DNA of 64,000 bases from Leptogorgia sarmentosa (taxonomy: Eukaryota): NCBI GenBank assembly GCA_964658305.1, contig OZ210885.1, positions 23,064,001-23,128,000 of the forward strand, read 5' to 3'. The notes beneath the pieces are model-generated. The model did not search any database. It was not told the origin of the DNA and saw only the letters and a program-made list of their open reading frames with translations. Both the position numbers and the translations under genes were made by a program. Positions 53,953 through 64,000 of this stretch are shown here, in pieces. Each line of letters begins with the position of its first letter. Positions within the stretch are counted from its first letter, which is position 1.

Positions 53953-56900
53953 TGTTGCGCAGACGCTTGCTCCGTGCAGAAACAACAGATAACACACGAG
54001 AATTTTCACCCTTTTTTGCCCAGAAATATACAGGAATGTACAGAACTATAAAAGCTAATTAATTTGAACCTTTTTAACAAAAACACATGCACTCGGCCTC
54101 ATCTTTTTGCTCGGTCCGGTGCTTCCACCTCTAGTCACAAAAGTTCCCCTCTTTAACATCCCCCCTCCCCACACTGGAGGACAATGTTCGACAAGTGTGT
54201 CTAAAAACAGTCAAACGATATTCAATGGAACTAGCTTGTGGATTGGTCACATCAGTGTCTTCTCCGTCAGTTGCAGGAGGCTTTCCGCCCCGCCGAAAAC
54301 TGTCTTCAGCTCCTTGTCATTGACCTCCGCATTTCCTACGACCGCGTATATGGCTTTCTTCGCCGCTTTTACCATAATCTCATTAACTCCGCCAAAGTGT
54401 GGAGATGCAGGAGGGTTGAACAACCACCGTATCCCCCTACTTGCTGTCTTCCCTTTTATCTTGTCTTCATCCAATTCGCTAACAAGTGACTTCAACTCGT
54501 TTACCGCTCCCACAAAGTTGGTTCCATTATTACTCACCACCTCCTTAGGCACACCCCTTCGACTGACAAATCTTGTAAATGCGTTGAGGAATGCGCCGTA
54601 TCCAGTCGCCATGCCATCTCTAAGTGCACCGCTCGGACTGACAGACAAGTAAACACACACAAATTCTACAGTAAACACGCACTAATCTAGTCCAGTCTGA
54701 GAACCGTTCTGGTTTCAGTCTCCATTCAGCTTCCACTGGCTCTGTCGTACTCTCCGAATTGCCGGTGACATTAGTTGCGAGCGAAGTGCTGGCTATCAGC
54801 TCTTTGAGGGGCTTCTGCTCTGACAAACTCCAGGGCTTGCTTTCTAACTTCATCTTTGGCCAATTCTCGCTACTCTGCTTCAACCATTCTGGGCCCTCCC
54901 ACCACATATCTTTAGCTAGTTGTACTGGGCTGGCACCGCAAGTACAAGCGTCAGCAGGGTTCTCTGCCGTGGACACATGTTACCACTGGTAGACACATCA
55001 CTTTATGAATTGATTGAGCCAATCTCAATCCCAGAACAGCCGCCATGAGCTCGAGCCTTGGTATCGTGGTTGGGTTAAGTGGAGAGCAACCTTTGACTTT
55101 GCTGCTATCAGGCGACAACTGACTTGACTATCCTCATACTCTGTACGGAGGTAACTAACCCCGCCATAGGCTGCCTTAGATGCGTATACTGCCCGTACTT
55201 ATGGCCATCTCACAAGCTCGATCTTCCTCTGGAATCTCCGCCATTACTTTCGACGAGTTGGAGACCCACTTCCTTCAGCTCCTGATATAAGCGTATTCCT
55301 TCATCATCATGTATGTGGACTTCAACACTGTTTGCGCTGCCAAAGGAAATAGTTCTTGCTGCTTCCTAGCATTCTCCTGCAACGCAAATTGCGCCTCCAT
55401 CGGGGCGAAGTTCTTTCCGAATACGACGCGACAAAACTCGTACACCTCCGGCTCCTGATCTTCGTTCAAATCTCTCCATAGCATTCTGAAGTAGGGCCGG
55501 TCCCGCTCTTCGATCGCGCTCTGCATGTACATTTCCTTGATATCGCAGGCCACTGCTACTGGGTTACGGCGAAATCACAGTAACACATCAAACAGATCTT
55601 GCTGGAGCTTCGGGCCCGCTTGTCGTTCAGGGAAATGCCGTCACATCTTGCAGAGCAGTCGAAGACAATGCATACCTTGGTTGTCGACTTATTCAATCTG
55701 ACCACAGGGAAGTGCGGCAGATACCACTGCGCAGCAGCCTTTTCTTGATTGGGGTCGATCTTTCGTAAATATCCCTTTTCGACGTACTCCTTTAGGGTGC
55801 GACTATATTCTTCAGCGACAATAGTATCCTTTTTCAAGCTCTTCTCCGTGGAGACCAGACGGGACAAAGCAATAGAGTGGTTGTCTGGTAAGCTGGGCTG
55901 ATCTCGTTTCCATGGCACACCAACTTGATACCTTCCGCCAACAATTGTGCAAGAGTTCTTAACCTTTTCCAGGGCAGTTCTCTCTTGGAATTTGGACCAA
56001 TCTACTACACGACAGCCCCCTGTAACTTCTTTTCAACCTCTACCTGCAAAGGCATTGACTTGAAAGTCTCTACTGAACTGTTCAGAACATGTACTTGTAC
56101 ATTTTTCCAGGATGCGCTTAAACCCAAAGCACCTGCTGGCTCTTCATTCATGAATGTTTCATTGGAAGCGTCATCTAATACTGCATTGACCTTTATCTTT
56201 CGACCATTCCCCTTAACCCAGATAGGAACTGTACGTAGCAAATAACCCTCCACACTTGACTTGGTATTCATTGTTGTTGTGGTGACATTGACCATTTATG
56301 CCGCGACGATCAGTCCGGCGACAATCCTTTCCCTGATGATCCTTTGAGAGACAACAGATGCATAATTTCTTCTCTTTGGCAGTTTTCCACCGCTCGTCCA
56401 CGACCAATACCGCATACTTCTTGCAATATCATATGGGATGATTGCTCTGCCCAAAAAACTGACATGGTGACTTTTGTTGACCATGCTTCTCCACGTCCGT
56501 GAAGAAGGTCCTGGGTCTTAACCCACTACCTCTCTTGAATGGTGGATCACTCGATTTTTGCTCCAGGCCATGAGCCATTTCCACTGCTTCCATTTTTATT
56601 GCCACTTCTTTCTTTAACCACTCACACAAATTGACCACAGATGGGGTTCTGTCGTGCACATTCAACCAACGGCTGTAGCTTTCCACTTGCTGACCAGACC
56701 ATTTCTTGACAAGTTGACCATGTAAAGACTCTTCTCCTAGTTCCGCCTCCTGTCCCTCGGCTCTTAGTTTGGCCACGGTAACTCTGACTAAGTCCGTAAA
56801 TCTATCGAAAGAAGCCACATCATTATTCCGCAGCGGTGGTGTCTTCTTAAGCTCCTCCATATATGCTCTCTCAATTGTCTGCGCTCGCCTCCAAACTTTG

Positions 56901-58128
56901 ATTGAATAATTTCCTTCGCTTCATTATACTCTGCCTCTGAAACCCCTAGTCCTCGAATAGCTTCCAAAGCTCGACCAGACAGACACCCTCTAAATCTAGC
57001 CATCTTAATGTTTACAGGCTCAGCTGATTTGTCAACCAGGCTCTCAAAAAGGCACCAAAACTCCTCAAAGGTAGTTTTGTTTCCATCAAATTGAGGAACC
57101 CTTAATGCTTTTAAGTTCCGATTAATCGTTCCTCCAGTATTACTAGGCATTCATTCAACATGGTAATTAGGGTCTGATGATGTGGGGGTACTGACACTTG
57201 GTGACACCTGTCCGAGAGAGTAGGGTTGGGGTGGTTGTTGGTCAGTAGGGGGTGGGGCGTTGGCATTACTAGGCGATGGTTCCACATGTTGATTAGGATT
57301 CGACAATGTTGGGGTGCTGACGCCTGGCAGCACCTGTCCGACAGAGGAGGGTTGGGGTGGTTGTTGTGGTTCAATGGGGGGTGAGGGATAATTTTGTTGC
57401 TCCTGTCCTGGAGCAGGGGGTGGCAAAGTTGAAACACTAGGGGATACAGTCGCAGTTTCGGTTTCCTTTTCTGCTGCTAACATCAGCTCAGTCAAATTTT
57501 CCGCAGCACTTTCAATTACCTTTTGCGTCTCCTCCTGCAAGCTGTCCGATTCATTCATTATCTCCGATTGTAACTGAGTATTGTTCATTTTAAAAGCAAG
57601 CACACTTATCTCATCTGTCACCGTCTGTGCATCCTCTAAAATATCCCATATATCCTCGATACAACTCTCGATTTCTTCCTTATTAGCTCTCGTCTTAAGC
57701 AACTTCTGTAAGCGATGCTTTGACTTGGTCAATCTCGTCTTTCGGATTCTTTTTCCTTTATCAGCTTAACTAGCATTTCTCCCCACAGTGCAGTCACATT
57801 TCCTTGACCACCTTCCTTCGCTTCTACGTTTTCCTTCGCATTATCGCCCACTGACAACTCGGTAACTTTGTCGTCCGACATTACTAACACATACCTTTCG
57901 AAATATGCCAAAAAAATCGTACAAATTCAACACACCGTCCTGGTAGGATCGCCAAATGTTGCGCAGACGCTTGCTCCGTGCAGAAACAACAGATCACACA
58001 CAAGAATTTTCACCCTTTTTTGCCCAGAAATATACAAAAATGTACAGCACTATAAAAGCTAATTAATTTGAACCTTTTTAAAGAAAACACATGCACTCAG
58101 CCTAGTCTTTTTGCTCGGTCTGGTGCTT
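53953..58128 (-). mobile_element. BEL/Pao element D, heavily deleted, 3' LTR complete and 5' LTR truncated
   Basis: Diverged LTRs 53953-54158 and 57957-58128. PBS TGGCGATCCTACCAGGA (tRNA-Arg-like). PPT GGGGAGGGGGGA. Gag VPQFDG, protease LDDASNETF, WYLPHFPV, NGTNFVGA. Confidence 0.93.
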
Positions 58129-58129
58129 C

Positions 58130-59790
58130 AAAACGTAAAAACTAAAATTAAATAATACCATTAACAAACATGCATATAATACAGACAAACTAAATACAAA
58201 CATACATATAATGCAGCCCGTTGTTACCTCTGTCCCTGTTTCAAAATAGATATTGTCAACGTCTATTCGATTTCGTTCATTCCTAAGTTTTAATACAACT
58301 TCGTTCGTAAAATGTTTCTCCACACTTTTGTGTTCGATAAATAGCCTTTTATACATAGGTCTAATCGTATGATTACTTATAAGTATTAATGCACAAACAT
58401 AAACATGAATTAATCAGACGCTACATGGCTCCTTTAAATTGAGAGAGCAATTTACCTAATAACTAATACTATTATTATTGTATCATTTACTTCCTGGCGG
58501 GGATTCCCCAGTCTTCTGCAACAGAGAGCAAAAGTACTAACCTGTGAATTGGCCTTTTAAGGTATGTTACCGCTTCGTGACGTTTACCATTTTTATCAAG
58601 AGACCGAGTAGCTACCATGATCTTTACTTTATACTTTAATCCATCTTCGTCAGGATAAACCTCGTCTACACAATCTAGTAGCCATTGATTTCTTGGAACG
58701 TCTTCTTCGATGACGAGAACTACATCCCCTACTATCAAGTTTTTCTTTGGTCACGACCATTTGTGCCGTTTCTGCAGGGCTTGAAGAAAACTTTTCCGCC
58801 ATTGCGACCAAAATTCATTCGCCAAAAATTGTACACGACACCACCGTTTTCTCGCATAGATATTGGCTCGTTGAAAGTTTCCAGGTGGGGGAAGAACTAT
58901 ATTACTCTTCGTTGTCAAAAGGTTACTTGGTGATAAGGGCATCAAATCAACAGCGTTTTCTGTCGTCAATGGACGGCTATTAACTAGAGCCTCAGCTTCC
59001 ACTAAAAATGTGTGAAATAATTCGTTGTCTAATTGGTTACCGTAAGTATTGATTAGGACTCTAAGAATGCTTCGTACTGATCGAATCTGGCGTTCCCACA
59101 CACCACCCATATGACTTGCATGCGGAACGTTCATCTTAAATACCAACAAGTCGCAATTGTCGTTAGGTAGCTCCTCCTTGATCTTAACTTCATCCATTTC
59201 CTTCAAAGCCAAATTTAATTCATTTTTTCCACCAACAAAATTTGTACCTTGGTCAGATCGCAGCTGTCGTCGTAACGTTATACATCGCGGCGTTTCTCCT
59301 TTATCAACCACAGACCAAAGTAGTCCACTGCTGAGTAGGTAAATGGAGATTCTGAGCTTTCTGCTGCTGCGGTGAGCTTCTCCATCTCCTACATTTCACC
59401 CACTGGTGGATATGATGGTTCACAACTGATGCTTCTCCGACTATCCAATAACCCGTTAATAGTTCTACAGCTCTCGAATATTCGTCGTCTTTTCCTTTCT
59501 CTTTCTTGGGGAAGGTATCAAAGATCTCAGCAACTTCAGTACCAGCATAGTGGAATAATAATGCACGCTGCCTTCTTTTATCGTTGACATCTAAAGCGAT
59601 TAGGAGATTTTCAAAGTGTTTCAGCCGTTTCGTTCAGCGAACGCCCACTGAAGCGATATCTTCATGAGCATTAAATTGCTTGAGATACGGGAGCGCTTTC
59701 TCTGCCATTGTCCTCTTATCTTGAAGAAGATCCCATCCTCGTCGCCAATGTAATATCTTGAGACAGCTACCAGACAGTTATGTGTCTACA
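58130..59790 (-). mobile_element. BEL/Pao element E remnant (gag scrap, INT C-terminus, part of 3' LTR), related to element C
   Basis: SDQGTNFVGG, NVPHASHMGGVWERQ, PPPGNFQRA. PPT TTTAAAGGAGCCA, then LTR ending at 58425. Confidence 0.88.
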
Positions 59791-60089
59791 TATTTGTGTG
59801 TTGCTTCGGACTCACAGTGAGCTTTTATACATTAATTTGCATGCATTCATTTACATTAATGACAGTGATAATTAACTACACTACAGTGATGAATTGCATT
59901 TTTCTTTTGTTATGCACTGCTTTAATTAGGCACAGAGGTGAAAGAATGTGTTTTTCACCGAGATTTTTCAACACGCTCGCATTTGCCTGATTTTCTTCCA
60001 TATCGTACAAGAAATATGTCATTCAACTGCTAAGACCTTGATCTTTATGACCATGCAAAAATCACGTTCGTACACCCAGTAATTAACGC

Positions 60090-60135
60090 ACAATGGCATA
60101 CCAAAGTTCGATTACCTTTTTTTTGAGACACCCTG
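60090..60135. mobile_element. Single Tc1/mariner-like terminus
   Basis: TTTTTTGAGACACCCTG followed by TA. Partner end not found. Confidence 0.4.
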
Positions 60136-60251
60136 TACATTGCAATTTTGACCTGCTAATTGGTTCGCAATCGATTGTACACTTTGTGGTGGTTTTCACA
60201 AATTGACTTAAGATATTTGGGAAAATTTTACTTTTTTTATAGTGTCTACTA

Positions 60252-61036
60252 CCGGGTGGCGCAAAAAAAAGTATAACTGTTTGATTATTTATAACTCAAA
60301 AACCATACGCGGTAGTACCGTCAATGGAGTTTCATTGCATCCAGCGATGTCTAAGTTAAATTTTAGTATATTCGACAGGCATTTTCGTCCAAGATTGACT
60401 GAGATATGAGAGTTTAAACTTTTGTTAACAATTTTGAAACCTTCACAAATTAGCTAAAAACGGCCTATTAAACTGATTTTATAACCGCATCACTATTTTA
60501 TCATAAGCAGTGTTTTAACAAACGTAGTTGAAGTGCAAATTTCATCTTCCTTGTAACAGAGATGCTTTCTCGTTTTTGTTTGCTGTTCGGCAGCACAAGA
60601 ATTGAGCTACAAGGCAAGGTTGATTAAAAGTTTTCTTCTAAATTTTAATTCGACGTCCAAAGGGAAGCTGAATTCTAAAATGCAAATGTCGCCTCGTATG
60701 CTTCTAAGTAATAATTATGCCTCGTTTAACGAAGGACCAAAGAGTTGGCAAGACACTGCATTCGTGCTTGGGGACACGGTACATCTCTTTATATGTCGTT
60801 AATGCAGTATTAATATTTAATAGGCCGTTTTTAGCTAATTTGTGAAGGTTTCAAAATTGTTAGCAAAAGTTTAAACTCTCATATCTCAGTCAATCTCGGA
60901 CGAAAATGCCTGTCGAATATACCAAAATTTAAGTTAGACATCGCTGGATGCAATGAAACTACATTTAGGGTTCTACCGCATATGGTTTTTGAGTTATAAG
61001 TAATCAAACAGTTATACTTTTTTTTGCGCCACCCGG
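60252..61036. mobile_element. Tc1/mariner-type MITE (family A), second copy
   Basis: About 220-bp TIRs matching 3363-4110. TA at 60250-60251 and 61037-61038. Confidence 0.93.
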
Positions 61037-61377
61037 TACATTAATTGTTACACTTCTCTTCTGATATCTTTTGGTCGAAACAATATATTGATGATAATGA
61101 CAATATATTAAGACATCAGAGTGGCAACTGAAATAATACAATTTAACTGTAAAAAAAGCCATAGCAGCAAGCAGGTACTTTGTCTTCAAATGAGTGTCTT
61201 GTTATTTATATATGTATAGATATGCCTCAAGGATTTTCCAGATTTCGATTCACATTTTATAAGAAATAAACCTTTAGCTATACTACTCAATGTGTTTATG
61301 TAATCTACCTGTATAGAGCATGATAATGTGATCATGATCTTTACCTCTCCTTAAAGCATCCCCCTCATCTTTTTGTT

Positions 61378-62093
61378 TTGGATACTCCGTGTGGTTTCTC
61401 TCGTCACATGAATTTAAGAGAGCCGGACTTAGCTTCCAAGTTTTGGGGTGACACCCCTTGGCTGTTTCGAGAAACCTTCACTTGAAATGCAACCAAATCA
61501 GGTATATTTTCACAACTTAGGATATATTTGTGGTATGCAGCTTCCTGCTGTAAGGAAAAATGTTAAGACGATGTGTTTACAGTACTTGATACACAATGAA
61601 GAAGAACGATGTGGCATACTTTTAAACTTAATCACGTTTAATTCGCTTTTTTAGGTTAGCATTCCAGACATTGTGCCCGCGGAATTTCGAACTAGAAAGG
61701 TTGATGAAAGTGTACTGCGGGCAAACTGCACGGTGGACACTTCAGTCCATCCTGTTACAGGCTCATCAAGAAGATATGTTGTCGGTGACAGATTCCACAC
61801 ATCTTCCACCTCTGTGCTCTTTTCACGACATCAATTCAGATGCCATCAAAACGAGTTACCAGGAATGCCAGAATAATAGTAAAAATGTCAAGCACCTGAG
61901 GAGTTCTACTATGCAATCTTTCCATGTTCATTTTATTTACAACTTTCTCATGGATTACTATCACAATGAGATCATAGTCGAGAAGCAGAAGTCCAATCTA
62001 AAGAAACTTTTAAAAGAAAACCAAGTCCTCACGAGAGAGATTGTTACAACAGATTCACAGTTGCTTGATTATTTATTGGTTTTTGCAGTATAA
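61378..62093 (+). pseudogene. C-terminal fragment of a KDZ/HMGXB3-like transposase
   Basis: LDTPCGFSRH...FWG..LGCFEKP, probable intron at about 61502-61654, then HPVTGSSRRYVVGDRFH...PLCSFH...TSYQE...HFIYNFLMDYYHNE. Frameshifted. Confidence 0.5.
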
Positions 62094-62119
62094 TAGAGGA
62101 AAATATGATTGAATTACTA

Positions 62120-62385
62120 CCTTATTCGTACTTAATTTCGCGATTGGTAAGAAATCGTGAAATTAAAGTACGCGAATAAAAATCGCCGCAAAATTTACAC
62201 ACGCGAAATTAAAAACTCTATAGTCAAAAATTTTAAATTATCAAGTTATAAATGTATCAATGAACGTAGTCATCAGTACGAAAGAACTTTTCCTGAAGAT
62301 CAGTTTCAGTCATCAAAATCGCGAAAATAAAATATCGCGAAATATGGCTTCAAAAAATCGCAAAAATAATTACGAGTAAATAAGA
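62120..62385. mobile_element. Small MITE-like element with repeated CGCGAAA motifs
   Basis: Imperfect TIR CTTATTCGTACTTAATTTCGCGA / TCGCAAAAATAATTACGAGTAAATAAG. Confidence 0.4.
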
Positions 62386-63367
62386 TGAAACCACTCCTAC
62401 CCGTACACCGAAACTGGTGTATCTTGGTACATAAGTTTTTACTTTTAAGTTAGATAAAATTTAGAAGTCATTCATCCTCCTCGTTGCATTTCTTACAATA
62501 CCATTCGCCTGGGGGAACGACTTCTTCTCCAGAACACTCTCTATTTGTAAGGAAAATTATTGGATTTTAAATAAGGTAAATCCGACAAAATTCATGTCTT
62601 AAATATTAAAAGTGGAACCGCTTATAATGATGTATTTAATTGCGGGGTAACTTTACCACACTATTCACTTACTTATTCAAGTGCAGCCATTGTTTACAAC
62701 TGTCACATTGTATCCAACACTGTGTTGCGTTGCATTGCTGTGTCGCATTGTATCCAACGCTGACAGTTAGTTAGGAGCCATCGTCAGCATCATTACGTAA
62801 AAAATGCATGTTGAAAGTCAATGGGAAATGCAAAATTAATAATGCTAAATTATTAACCCTACATAGACAAACGTTACTCTTCTTAGTGGCAGATAACATG
62901 GAGCATTTTCAACCCCGGGTTGAACTCCATCCTGTTTACTGGGTTGAAATTTCACTTTACCTCGTGAACTTCGGCAGCAAAACTACATGACGGAGTGCTA
63001 GTTTGACCGGAGTTCAAACTGCCTCCCTATATAATTGGAATAGTTTTAACATGTTACAATGATTACCCAAACATTAAATAATATATTAAAATAGTACCTT
63101 TTTCGTGTCACATTTTGCGCTTCTTACATCCTAGTAACAAAATTCACAAATTACATTTGTTACACACAAGCTTTATGAAATGAAGGAATTAGACAACAAC
63201 TCCACATGGCATGGCAAACGAAAAATACCTCTGGTAATGCTTGTCTAATGGGTGAAGTTCCTGCTTCTTTTGTAATTTTGCTTCGTCGTTCAGCTTTAAC
63301 ACCCTAATGCACAACGAAGCACAAGTAATCTTAATGATCTATATAGTAGATGATTATTAGACATACA

Positions 63368-63872
63368 TTTTCCACCTCACCACAAGCTACACAAGATTTT
63401 TAATAGGAACACAGTCAAGGTCAGTTACAGTTGCATGAACAATGTCAAGTCTATAATTTCTAGGCACAACACACGTATGATTAGAAAAAGTAAGCCACAG
63501 TGCGAGGCCATGGACCTATGCACTTGTAGAGACAAGAACACATGCCCACTTCAGGAAAAATGCATGACCAAAGACATAGTCTACAAGGCCACTGTCACCT
63601 GCACAAACAGCACAAAACATTACATAGGCATGATGGCAAGTACATTTAAAGAGCGATATAGAAACCATATTAAATCATTTAACCAGAAAAGGTACTCAAA
63701 CGAAACAGAACTTTCGAAATATAGTTGGGGACTAAAAGATAATAACAAAGATTTCGACATTACTTGGTGTATAATTAAGCATTGTATTTCGTATACGGGA
63801 GGAACAAAAAGATGCAATTTATGTTTAGAAGAAAAGCTCTGTATTTTGAAAGATAAAAACAAACAAAAACTA
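63368..63872 (+). mobile_element. Penelope-like element fragment, GIY-YIG endonuclease
   Basis: HKLHKIFNRNTVKVSYSCM, CTCRDKNTCPL..KC...IVYKA...YIG....FKERY.NH..SF...TELSKY...CNLCLEEK. Confidence 0.92.
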
Positions 63873-64000
63873 TGACTATGCAATTGCAAGAATAAATCCT
63901 CATGTCCACTGTCTGGAAAATGTCTAACATCCAGCGTAGTATACCAAGCAACAGTTGTTAGGAACGATACGAACATAAAGGAATCGTATGTCGGACACAC
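63873..64000 (+). mobile_element. Second, divergent Penelope GIY-YIG fragment running off the right edge
   Basis: CNCKNKSSCPLSGKCLTSSVVYQATV...ESYVG. Confidence 0.85.

Noticed and set aside
57151..57370. Duplicated Pro/Gln-rich peptide
   Set aside because: Diverged internal repeat in the disordered part of BEL gag. Common.
57938..57954. tRNA-like sequence
   Set aside because: Only the PBS complementary to a tRNA 3' end. No cloverleaf.

Overview
Eukaryotic, AT-rich, intron-bearing animal DNA. The repeat families suggest a cnidarian host, but that is inference. I find no intact host gene, RNA gene or CRISPR array. The window is a nested stack of mostly decayed transposons: two Gypsy elements, five BEL/Pao elements plus a gag scrap, an APE/RT LINE, Penelope fragments, a Harbinger, Tc1/mariner and hAT-type MITEs, and relics of RAG1/Transib-like and KDZ-like transposases. 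The most interesting items are four. (1) Two divergent IS3EU-type DDE elements each pair the transposase with a convergent post-translational-modification enzyme: a HECT E3 ligase (14.8-20.2 kb) and an alpha-kinase (46.7-52.0 kb). (2) A frameshifted 2A/StopGo motif lies ahead of the LINE endonuclease. (3) A BEL element has one LTR pair and a TACGC target-site duplication (TSD) enclosing three near-identical 4793-bp copies of its internal region. (4) A RAG1/Transib-like gene is scattered in order over 46.4-54.0 kb. All family assignments come from motif recognition by eye; no database search was run.
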